A stretch of 64,000 nt of DNA from Camelus ferus (Eukaryota). This document shows, piece after piece, positions 52,270-63,795 of the stretch. Location: positions 35,528,001-35,592,000 of the forward strand of contig NC_045696.1 in NCBI RefSeq assembly GCF_009834535.1. Reading direction: 5' to 3'. Made by a program: the position numbers and the translations under genes. The notes beneath the pieces were generated by a model. It ran no database searches and was not told the origin of the DNA. It saw only the letters and a list, made by a program, of their open reading frames with translations. The stretch's first letter is position 1, and the number at the start of each line of letters is the position of its first letter.

Positions 52270-54414
52270 TTCTTCTACTTAACAGTTTGTCTTTTCACAT
52301 TGATCTATTTATGCATTTAATTATACTTCCTACAGGCCAGCTCCTACTATCTTTGCATGATCTTTCTCAAATGGGATTCCTTCTGTGTAGTTTCTTCCAA
52401 CAGCTCAATCAGGATGGAGCACTCGCTCCATGTGGCCTGTGTTAAATGTCTTTTGTCTGCTTTCAAATTGCAAAGGCCTTTTGGGGATGGACAGAATTAG
52501 AAATATTTGTGTCTTCAAGACTAACAAAAAGACTGAACAAGAGTAGATGATGGACAAATATTTTTAAACTGCATGTATCTGTGCCTACCTATCTTTTACT
52601 ATTCTCATCTCTACGGTTATTATTTACTCAAAATTAGATAAAGTCTACTTACAAGTTTGAGTCATATTCTTAACTTCTAGGTTTATTAACTGTAGCTACT
52701 TTCAAGTTTCAGAAATCCTGTGCTGTGGTGCTGTAGCTAAGAAGTGTATTATATGACTGACTTGTCTTTTCTTTAAGTTATTACATAGTATAGCCATTTA
52801 GAGTGTTAACAAAAAGCGATTGAATGTTTAGCAAATACCTCTATGCTAAACGTAAAAACCATAAAAGCCTCAAATTAAAACAGACAGATAAATTTACAAG
52901 CAAACAAAATAACAAGTACATTGGAACACTGCAACTTAATCTTTTTAAAGACTCAGCAATGCCCTCTTGCAAATTTAAAGGCACTCAACGATGAGCTAAA
53001 TTGAAACCAGAAGTTAAGTGCATAGTGTGTTTATACTTTATATCATTTCCTCCCGAAGCAACATGACATGAGATATGAGTGGACGTGTCTAACCCATGCT
53101 TAAGAACAATGTTCAAAAGTTTATAATCCTAATTCAAGTTTGGTTAGGGCAATAGAATTTATATGAGTGGCTCTCGATGTTATACCAAAAATTGTTCAAT
53201 TTAATGTAATAGAGTCCTAAAGCCATTCTTCGTAGGACCTTGAAAACAGCAAGACTAGATTAATGAATACTATCATTTTCAGTTATTTTGTTTGTCTTGT
53301 CGATGTATTTTATGATAAAGATAGTCTATAAGATCTATTCTGTATATAAGTGCATCAAATCTCAATGTAGCTTTGAAATTGACTTTTAGGGACTCAAGAA
53401 ATTACTGCCTTCCAAAGATGATCTAGAGGACACTTAAAAATTTAAGACCCTGAACTCCTTCCTCAAAGGAATATTTTTGTTAGGAATTTCACTATGATTT
53501 CAGTTCTCAGTGTAATTATGAAAATGGACAAAATAAAACACTACAGCATTTTAAATTTTGTATCAGATTAAAAGAAAATACTCTAATGGAGACATTTCTG
53601 TAAAAGCTGGAAATAGATAGTGAATACTAAATAATCAGTTGAAATCAATATTTGGTAACCAGTTCATTGGGCTTCAAACAACATGTCATTCAGAGATTCG
53701 CAGCCAGATAGAAAGAAGATAACATAGTTCTTTTAAAAAGCATTAACTAGTAACAATTCACAAGTATGTCAGTTTAAGTAGAAATCCCTGTGTATTTGAG
53801 ACACAGACAAGGAAGTACATTAAAATCTTTATTTTAGGCCATTGCCATAGAAGTTAAGGAATGACGCTGTCAAGGCAGAAAAAAAATATCATAACTCAGG
53901 AGAACAATATATCAAGAACCTTAAAATATAAAGTCATGAGTCCTTCCTTCAGTTGCTTACAATGTGTGTGGATAAAGTTGTACACACAGAAACTAATTAG
54001 AACACAAGTGAGTTTGTGACAGAGTGCTAAGTGCAGTGCAGAGTACACACATTGCATCACGTTTAAAGAGGGAAGGACTGCATGGTGACATGGCTTTGCT
54101 TTATTTTCTCCACAAATACTCCAGTGCCAAGTAAAGCTGTGAAAACACGAGCTGGAAATTTCATCACACTCGAGTGCCAAAATAATCTAAAACTTGTGGG
54201 ATATTTTCCCCCTAACATTTGGTGCAAATTCAAATGTGTATGTGGAGAAACTACATGGGGCCACGTTATTTACTTCTGTGAATTCTGGGAGGAGGAAAAT
54301 GGATTTTATTCATAATGAATGCATGCCCTAAGCTTCTGAACTCTGTTTTACATATTTTTGAGGATATGTTTTCAAAATTATCACAGAATTTTAACAGAGT
54401 CCTTTTGTTTGTAG

Positions 54415-54570
54415 CTTGTCGACCAGGTTTCTACAAGGCTTTGGATGGTAATACGAAGTGTGCTAAGTGCCCACCTCACAGTTCGACTCACGAAGATGGT
54501 TCAGTGAACTGCAGGTGTGAGAATAATTACTTCCGAGCAGACAAAGACCCTCCATCCATGGCTTGTACCC
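54415..54570 (+). CDS. EPHA3: EPHA3 internal coding exon (exon 4 by human numbering); cysteine-rich/EGF-like region
   Basis: Translates (A)CRPGFYKALDGNTKCAKCPPHSSTHEDGSVNCRCENNYFRADKDPPSMACT(R), recognised as EphA3 ectodomain. Acceptor ttttgtttgtag| ends 54414; donor |gtgagt starts 54571; 156 nt, phase 1-1. Confidence 0.97.
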
Positions 54571-55282
54571 GTGAGTAGTTTTGCTGCAACCCATGCCTCC
54601 ATGTTTGTTTTATTTCATTTTTTTTTTCTTCTTATTGTGCTTTTTCTTTTCTTTTCTTTCCTTTTCTTTTCTTTTTTAAAGCATTTGGCCCATTTCCTCC
54701 CGTTATCCATGTGCAAATTGAAAGCTTTCTCTGCTTCACTCACCATGCTTGGATCACCACAAATGCAACATTTATCATACAAAATGAATTCGCTTTTCAA
54801 GCACTTCCTGCAACAGGACCCCCAGAAAGAAAGAGAATTTTCTGTATCTTGTTTTAGATCTTGCATTATGTTTGACAGGCTAGGGGAGGTTATTGGCCCA
54901 GGATTTGTGTTTTTACTTTGCTATTCCCTCTTGTTATAGGTTGGTCGTAGGTCATAGGGAAAAGGGACTAAGGTTTATAAAACTAATACTAAAGTTTTCA
55001 TAACTATTCACAAGAGCATTGAATTTAGGGTAAACTCCTTTGTTGGACTTTGTGAATGCATCTTCAACCTTGAGTCAAAACTCCCCCATTTATCTCTTGG
55101 GGAGGACAGGGCTCTTGAATCCATGTGTCTATAATCTCATAGATCCTCTAAGGACGAATTAAAAGTATATAATAAAGACAAGATGGTTATTTACCTCTTT
55201 CAGTTCCATTGTAAATTATCTATTTCCCTTGTAGTAGAAAACAGAAGTGAGGCTCATTAATCTTTGTTGAACTACTTTGCAG
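54571..55282 (+). other. EPHA3: EPHA3 intron 4 (712 nt, GT-AG)
   Basis: gtgagt...tttgcag between the two in-frame exons. Confidence 0.95.
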
Positions 55283-55618
55283 GACCTCCATCTGCACCAA
55301 GAAATGTTATATCTAATATAAACGAAACCTCGGTTATCCTGGACTGGAGTTGGCCTCTGGACACAGGAGGCCGGAAAGATGTTACCTTCAACATCATATG
55401 TAAAAAATGTGGGTGGAATGTAAAACAGTGTGAGCCGTGCAGCCCCAATGTCCGCTTCCTCCCTCGACAGTTTGGACTCACCAACACCACAGTGACAGTG
55501 ACAGACCTCCTGGCACACACTAACTACACCTTTGAGATCGATGCCGTCAACGGGGTTTCAGAGCTGAGCTCACCTCCGAGACAGTTTGCTGCAGTCAGCA
55601 TCACAACTAACCAGGCTG
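55283..55618 (+). CDS. EPHA3: EPHA3 internal coding exon (exon 5); first fibronectin type III domain
   Basis: Translates (R)PPSAPRNVISNINETSVILDWSWPLDTGGRKDVTFNIICKKC...TNYTFEIDAVNGVSELSSPPRQFAAVSITTNQA. Acceptor tactttgcag| ends 55282; donor |gtgagt at 55619; 336 nt, phase 1-1; joins the previous exon in frame (C|GA = Arg). Confidence 0.97.
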
Positions 55619-58600
55619 GTGAGTACGTGCTGGGTGCTTCCGGCTCCTGCCATCTCAGAGCCAAGTTTTGACAGAAAGAGTGGAAAAAAGGGTAGGAAAA
55701 AAAAAAAGATTTGAAAGAGCCCCAGGATATTCTCTTTGATCACTTTTAGACAGTTATGGTAAATTAAATAGCTCAATTTAATTCTTAAATTGAGAATAAA
55801 TCAGATTTATTAGATGATTTTAAAGTAGTTGAATCCATTGCTTCCCAATTTGAAATCTTTCAACCTTTGGGGCTCTGGAGATGGTACTTACGGGGATCCT
55901 TGAAACGTTTTCATATTTTAAAGAACTTAACAGACATTGAACCTAGGTTGGAAAATCTTATGGAGGTTATATATAAAACTGTAAGTATCTTTACCTTAGT
56001 TACAATTCTATCAGATTTTGTATATGGTTATTCAGTTATTTTATGCTCCTCAGCAGCACTGGGTAATAGAGCTCAGATAGTTAAAAACTCTTTGCTTAAT
56101 TAAAAAGAATACAATAAACCCATCTTATTTAATAAATACAACTTGTATTTAAAAATTAAAAATATAAAAATATTGAGAAGTGTAGTAAAAAGAGGTCTTG
56201 GTGGAAAACTGTTGTAATCACTGATCTAAAAAATTTCCAGATATAAATATTTTGGTAATTTCACCAATTGTATTTTCCTCTGACAAATTTTTCCCAATAG
56301 AAAACACTATGTTGCCAGGTTGTAAGCGAAGGACCTTTAATATGGAATGAAAAAGTTAAACAAAACTTTCACCTTTCTTTCTCTTACACCTACATTTCTC
56401 TTTACTGTTAGTAAATCCTATTCTTTCAATCACCCTTTAAATCTTGTATGTGTTTTTCAGTTCTCTAATAATTCTTGTGATTTTGTTTTTCATTATATTT
56501 TTAACAGTGTGGTGTCCAAAATTATTTATGGGGTTTTAGTTGTGATTCTCTCAAACATGTAGAAGGGTTATACTCTGCAGCGTTTACAGAGACATACCAG
56601 TGATATCCCTTTGAAATAAGACAATCATTTTTCCAAGGTGATAACTGTGATGAATGAGTAAAACACAGTTGTCTAATCAGCAAAGCTGGTGCAAAATTAA
56701 GCTGATGGATATTAATTGTGCATAATTATTGCTACAAGATATCTAATTAGAGGCTCATTCCAAGCAGTTCAGAGATATTATTGTATCACTTATACACAAA
56801 CAAACATTGAAGCCAAAAAGGGGGAAAGGGAAGAGACAGGATGGCACCCTGAGAATGCTTCAGCTAGAAGTACAGGCTCTCACATCTGCTCCCAGGTGGG
56901 CTCACCGTGAGTTAGGACTGAGTGTAAACTCAGCTTCTTTGCTGCATTTGGCTTAAATTATGGAAGTCCCTGTGCTGTCTAGGGGGACTCACTGTTAGCT
57001 CTGAGAATATAAATACTAGATGTCAGAAGAAAAGAGAAAGGAGAGATGACTAAATTCTATCAGCTGGAAGAGATCTTAGAGCAGCCAGGTACCTAGCCAG
57101 GAAACTGAGTTCTTTCTCTCTCTTACTTGGCTGGCTCAGGGAGGTTAGTTAAACTACTAAGGGTACAAAGTTAATTGGTGTCATCCAGGGCTAAAATTCA
57201 TCAAGAATGCACCAGTATGACTCTACTGGTGATTAAAATTCTGTACTTACTTCTAGACTAGTTAGGATCAGGTACAGTTACTTCTGCAGATGAATATAGA
57301 AGTGCATCTGTACTGATTAATCTCTCAAGCACCCTAAGTAGCCCCCTAAACCCAGTATATCATGTCTCACTCTTCTTTCCCCCAGAATCCAGCAATCAAA
57401 GCAATAAATCCTGGCATTAGAAGGGTCTCCAGATCCCTGTGCTGGAGCTCTTCCAACTTGAGAGACCCATGCCCCTGCCATGCCAGCTGACAGATATTTT
57501 GAATAGAACCCCTGGCAGAGTCCATGCTGAAATGTGTCTCTTCCTGATTCCAGATCCTTCTTTTGTTCCCGCTTTTCTTCTGGTCTCCTATATTGATGAA
57601 ATTCTTATAATTTTATATTGTTTCATGGCGATAAATAAAGTTTCCCTGTGGAAAAGACATGACTTTTTAATGAAGTCCACTGAATCATGATTTTAATCTT
57701 GCTTTGCTGAATCTGTCATCTCTCCCACTTGAAGCTAGATCCCAGACCAAGCAACATATGCTTTTGTTTTGCTTCAGTTAGTGACATTTAAATTTTATAA
57801 CTAATAATATTTAAAGACTTGTAACTTAGGTTTATTTAACTGTCTTCCATGAGAGGAAAAAAAGATGAGCAATGCTATTGCTACGTATCACATGATTATA
57901 GCTTCTCGTTTTCAATGAACACAGGAATTTTAAGAAATTATAATTATGCGGCAAATGGCTTTCCCAAATCCTATATTTCACTCTGACTTACTACCTTGTT
58001 TAAAATAGGAGCATCAATCTGTGTTTATAATTATCTCCTAAGTCAAACAAAACCATATAAAAACAAGCAAGAGTTCCTTATTTTCTGTCTTATCATTGAC
58101 CTCTGGCTTTCTGACAGTGCATTTATCGGGAAACTAATAGTTCCAGATATATACAGTGAATGAATCTAGGTAAAGTGGCAAGCTAGAGCAGGCCGAGACT
58201 TTAAAAAAATAAATGGGGTTGATGCTTTAGCCCTCGAGTTACAAATCACAGCGTAAGACGGAGATTCAGTAGGGATGATATCAGTTACTCTCCCTGACCC
58301 CACTCTCATTTTTCAGAAAAATCACATATATGTCTACAGTATGCACCATGAGGCATTTTATGTATTTCAGGGGGTCTGTATCATTTTGTGTGCCTGGGGA
58401 GGTAGAGGTCTTTGTTCCACCTTCAAATCCCTGCAGTAAGATATATAAGCGAGATTAGAAGCAATGCTGTTCCTCCAGAGAGTGTTTCATTGTTTTGCTT
58501 TATTTTTGCTCTTGTGAAGGTTAATGGACTGGTAGCCTTGAGAAATGAGCTTCCTACCTCTAGAAAGATACGGCTATGACAGATATGATGCCTGGTGTTT

Positions 58601-59522
58601 AAATTCCTCCTAGCGTCTCTATCTCTGACATGGATACAAAGGGGAAACGTAAATGTGTCCTTTTAATTTAGTTTGTGAGATTGAGTTTGTTGATTTTTCT
58701 CTTGATTACATTGTAAAAGCCAGGCGATGACCACTTGATAAGGCACCTTCTAAATTGTAGAGGATTATGTTGTAAATACGGAGGTTAGTTCCCAGCTCTT
58801 AATACTTTCACAAAGTATGTCAGCAAGATAAAAAGCGTGGTCTCTACATAAAGAGTGGATCCATGAAGCCATCAATCAAACATACACAGAAAGAACTGCA
58901 AATTGCAAAACAAAAATCTGTAAAGTTATATCTTGGGGTAAAATGCTACTTCTTGTTTTTTTCTTGGAATAAATATATTTACCTTTCAGTTTTCAAGAAA
59001 ATCATTCCACTAGTGGAATATTTGTCTCTGTTTATTCTCCACCTCCATCAAGGGATCTGCCCTTTCCCCACTATCCTATAGCACGTGACAATCTCACACA
59101 AGAAGAGGGGGCACTAGCAGAGAATTTACAGGTTTTCAAGTTTTGAGATCCACCCCTCTCTCATTTTATAGAAACTGAGATCCAAGATGCTTTTCCAGCG
59201 TTTAATCAAGGGATCAAACTTCTGCTTATGTCTCCCAACTCCAACTCTGCTTTCAACTTCTATTCTTGTATTCCTTCTGCGATCCTATGACTTGAGCCAT
59301 ATAGCTACAAAAAGAAAGGCTGCCTTGGAGACAGTGCGGGGGCTTTGCTGGGAAAATCTACTATAACCTATGCCATCTACAGTAATCTTGGTCCTTGCTT
59401 CTCAGTCATTTATCACAGGGTTCCTTAGGGGTTTTCTGCAAGAGATCTTCTTTATCATCTGACTCTTCCCCAAACTTAATCTTATCCTTCACTCCCTCAT
59501 TCTCCACAGATGATTTTTCCTC

Positions 59523-60393
59523 TGAGATACTGTGATTTATAGTAAGAAATATATATTTGGTCTTGGTCCCAGTTTATGGCACGGAGCTCCTAAAACCCTT
59601 GGAATTTCCTCAGTGATAAGAGCAATAAAGGTGTATTTTGTTATTCATAACCCCTTTCAGTCACATCTGAGTTTATGTTAATCAAGTGACTTTTGGAAAT
59701 CCCCTAAAGATGGTGGCTGTTTGCCAGGGGACCCAGCCATGTAATTATAGGGTTGGAACTCTTAGCCATTTCACTCCTCAATCCCACCTCTGGGTAGGGT
59801 AGAAGGGCTGGAGATAGTGTTTGATCATCAGTGGTCAGTGATAATCAATCATACTTATACAATGAAGCCTTCTTAAAAACTCAAACCAAAGGACATGGTT
59901 CAGAGAACTGGGTTGATGAACACATAGAGATGCTGACAGGTGACACATCTAAAGGAAGCATGGAAATTTTCTGCCTGGTACCTTGACCTATTCATCTCTT
60001 CATCTGGCTATGCCTGAGTTGCATCCTTTTATATAAAAACTGTTAACCTAGTAAGTAAAATGTCTTCCTGAATTCTGTAGGCTGTTCTAATAAATTAGTT
60101 GAATGTGAAGGGGGAGGTCATGTGAACCTCCAGTTTATACCCAGAAGCACAGAAGATAGCAACCTGGATTTGAGATTAGTATCTGAAAGAGCAGCTGGGA
60201 AAGTCTTCTGGGACTGAGCCCTTAACATGTGGGATCTGATGCTAACTCCGGGTATCAGAAATGAACTGAATTGTAGGACACCCAGGAGGTGTGGCAGAAT
60301 TGCTTGGTGTGGGGAAAATCTCCACACATTTGGTGCCCAGAAACGAAGTACTGTGTAGTGGAGACACACAGGAGTGTGCTTTTTCCTCTTACA
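59523..60393 (+). mobile_element. MER21-like (ERVL) solo LTR, ~870 bp
   Basis: TG...CA termini; taagaaatatatatttggtct...gagctcctaaaacccttggaatttcct; end gtgtggggaaaatctccacacatttggtg; flanks tcctc/ccctc (5-bp TSD, one mismatch). Confidence 0.85.
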
Positions 60394-60644
60394 CCCTCCT
60401 AACTTAGTAAGACCATCAAGTTTAAGAGGGAAAAGAAAATGCTGTCTCATCTGCTTTTCTAAATCTTCCTCCTCCTCTTCGTACTCACTAACTCCCGTTG
60501 ACTCCTGACTGTAAAGAGTGTGCTCTAGAGCGAACCTCTTCCCTTTCCAGCATCTTGGATAGACACTCTCCTGGCTCTTCATCTTTGCCTTTCATATTGC
60601 ATAGCATGTTTTTTCATCTTAGAGGAAGATACAAATGATTAAAT

Positions 60645-60850
60645 AAAAGCACTCGAGGGTAAACTGCAGCTATTATACCCCTTTACTCCTAAATACTTTA
60701 GTGTGAACTTCCTAAAGCAATGACACTCTCTTACATATCCTCAGTACATTTATCAAAATCAGGATGTTACCACTGTCCATATTATGCTCTTATCTGTAGA
60801 GATTAGTCACCTTTTGTCAGTTACTCCACTCGTGTCCCTTTGGCAAAGCA
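60645..60850 (-). mobile_element. Old L1 (L1MC-like) 3' fragment
   Basis: ccctttactcctaaatactttagtgtgaacttcctaaagcaatgacactctcttacata. Confidence 0.6.
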
Positions 60851-61445
60851 AGTTGATGTTCTGTTTGCCTTTGGTTTCTGTCTATAATATATTTCTTACC
60901 TATAATAATGAATAAGCTTATCATTTTCTGTAAATTAAGTCAGATGCAAAAATACGAAGGGCAAGGGAATCAACACTTATGGGTAAGACTTTCTGAGGTG
61001 CTTGATATTACTCTAGGAATTTCAGTTTCCACTCCATTGAAAAAAGACCAGTAAATAATATTATTTAAAACAAAGAGAACTTGACGTGGTTTTACTCAGA
61101 TTTCCTATGGAAGGACCGTCAATTTACACAAAGGAGGATAGCATCTTAGAGACGTTCTGATGTTGAGGAAAACATTCATATTCTTGATTTTAAGCAGAAT
61201 GGCCCCTATCATCCACTTAATTTAATAATCAAAGACAAATCTCTTCTTTTCCTTGAAAATTGCTATCCACTATATGAAAGGATTGAACTGGAAATCCAGT
61301 CATAATTTTTCCTGTTTTTTTTTTTAAATATATAATTCTAGGAGTTATAGTTTAGAACTTTGTTAACTGGTATAATTTGAATCAACCAATACCCTTTTTT
61401 TGACTTTTAAGGACACCTACCCACTGACTTCCTCTCAAGGACTTT

Positions 61446-61685
61446 TTTTTTTTTGAAGTACAGTCAGTTACAATGTGTCAGTTTCTGGTGGATAGCACAA
61501 TGTCCCAGTCATGTATATACATATATATGCTTGTCTTCATATTCTTTTCCATTAAAGCTTATTACAGGATATTGAATATAGTTCCCTGTGCTATACAGAA
61601 GAAACTATTTTTTTTTATCTCATTTTATATATGGTGGCTAACATTTGCAAATCTCTAACTCCCAAATTTATCCCTGATCACCCTG
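61446..61685 (-). mobile_element. Truncated L1 3' end with 9-bp TSD
   Basis: TSD aaggacttt at 61437-61445 and 61686-61694; poly(T) head; target reads TT/AAAG on the minus strand (L1 endonuclease-type site). Confidence 0.88.
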
Positions 61686-62679
61686 AAGGACTTTAAAAAG
61701 CTTACTTGCCTCTGCTTTCATGGCCTGTTATTTCACAGGTCAAAGTAACAGCATCTATTAGTAGAAAAAAATAGTTTTCTATATCTTGAATAAACAATAC
61801 ACACTTATTAAATGAATCCTAAACTATCAGAGCCCTTTAACTACATTTAGAATCCGGCCTGATTTTTTTACATTGATAGAGCAGATATTTTAAAATCTTC
61901 TTTCTTCTTTATTCTGAAATACATTTCCTCTACTCACCTTGTTGTTCTACTGGGGTTTAGAAACAGCATATATAGAGTTGACAGTGGAACATCTTATGTC
62001 AGAGACAGCCAGGTAGGCTTTAGAATTTCTGAAGAAGCAAACATTTCAGAATAAAAGCAGAAAAGTATACAGCTTGGGTCTGCTATTAAACTGTGGACAC
62101 ATATTGATAGAGTTTCTATAGAAATGAAGACTGCCGGGTGATTAAGTATGCTGCATGTAAACTGGACACCAGCAGCATCTACGTGCATTCTTTTACAGCA
62201 CGAAGCGAGGTGTTTTGTAGCATCAGTGTAGTAAATTGGAAAGTTAAAATATAATGGAAATCAACTAGGAAATAGCGGAGATGAGATTCCAGTAACGCAC
62301 TCCAACGAATCCTCCCCTTGTTGTCTCACTTGTGTGATTAATAAACCCTATGAATTGCCGTCTTCACCTTTTACTTCTCTCAACAAACAAATGAGTTCTG
62401 AATTGATTACAAGCGAATGTATACGTTATAATTTTCCTGGTGCATTTCGCTTGTGTAGTAACCGAGCTTCTTTCTCTCCTATTTGAAATCAAGGCAGAGA
62501 CCTGTGCATCTGGAAACATCACTCTGCTGTGGTGTGTCACAGTGTGCCTGAAGCATTCCACATCGTTTAACACATTAATGACGCCTTTCAGTCACCACAC
62601 CCAGGTGTGGAGGCATATTGCATATCTGCAGCATGAGCAATCAGCTGAACAAAGGCAGACCCGGATATTGTCCTGACAG

Positions 62680-62810
62680 TTATTCAGAACCTCTGTATGA
62701 GCTTAAAGCCTCATTTAATCCTTACAACAATTTTATATGACCATAAGTGGTTAAGTGTCTGGTCCGTGGTTTCACAACTCCCAAGTTCCTGCTCTTAACT
62801 GTTAGGATAT
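62680..62810 (-). mobile_element. MIR SINE fragment
   Basis: cctcatttaatccttacaacaatt...ggttaagtgtctggtccgtggtttcacaac. Confidence 0.6.
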
Positions 62811-63529
62811 TCTTTTTCCTACGGCTTTGTATAATTAAGACTGAAAAAAAGAAATATGTAAAGATGGTTATCATATTATTGTACAATCGTGGCTACCTGG
62901 CACACAGATTGTATTTTTTTCTTTGAAATCAAAATTTCATATGGTTTGAGCGATGCTGATAAGAACAGAAATCTGAATTGCTTTGTTGGGAATTTATCTG
63001 TGCAAATCTTTTTTCCCAAAACCAAAAAGTAAACACCTATGTAGAGCAGCTTTGAAAAATTACATTTACTACTAATCAGTATTAATTTAAAAGCATTTAT
63101 CTTGACAAGTTGTTATCATTAAGAATTAACCTCCTACTGGTTTTCACTTTTATTCCAGTAGGAAAAAATAATAATAATTATAACAAACCAACAGAAGAAA
63201 AATCTGTGTCTTGTCACAGTTTTGTCCAAGAAATAGCTTTAAAGGGGAGGCTGTCTATTAGAGTAGGAAGAGTTCTGGGATGTGTATCAAAAGAGGCAAA
63301 TACTCCTCTCTGCTTCGACTCTTTGCTTTGGGACTCTGAATAGTTATCAGAGTTATTGTTTTATCTCTTTTGTGAAGCTAAACACTTGGACTAGATAATT
63401 TCTAAGTTTCCTTCCAGTTACATATTCTAGGGAACTAAACTGATGCAAAATATATCATGTAGTCATGAAAAAATAATCCAGTATCTACTTATAATTGAAA
63501 CAACCATGATGGAAAAAAAAGTGTTTGAA

Positions 63530-63795
63530 AGGCAAAGTGGTACAGGACAGTGTCAAAAGCCCCACTGATGCCGCTTAATGGTGAAGTGATTTTTTTTTTA
63601 TTTTTAAATTTGGTTTGTTTATGCATTCATTCCCAATTTTGTTTAAAAATGAGTTTAAGGCAGTTTTTAGACTAGCCTGGAATCTCTGAATCCTTTTTGA
63701 CATGGATGCAATAACACACACGGATTGTTGTGAGGACTAAAGAAAATGAGAGAGAGTGTACGGGACAGAGGAAGTGCTTAAATAAGTTACTGAGC
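63530..63795 (+). mobile_element. MIR SINE (interrupted)
   Basis: ggattgttgtgaggactaaagaaaatga...gtgcttaaataagttact. Confidence 0.55.

Larger units (their letters stand above)
1..54414 (+). other. EPHA3: 3' part of the very large EPHA3 intron 3
   Basis: No Eph ligand-binding-domain exon seen upstream in the window; ends at the exon 4 acceptor with branch-like TTTTAAC at ~54389-54395. Confidence 0.85.

Noticed and set aside
55216..55520. Minus-strand ORFs over exon 5
   Set aside because: Antisense shadows of the real exon.
53992..57805. QKI-type ACTAAY motifs on both sides of exons 4-5
   Set aside because: Expected by chance at this AT content; not counted as support for the circle.
60118..60582. 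154-aa minus-strand ORF, the longest in the track
   Set aside because: Runs from unique sequence into the LTR; no domain recognised; likely chance.
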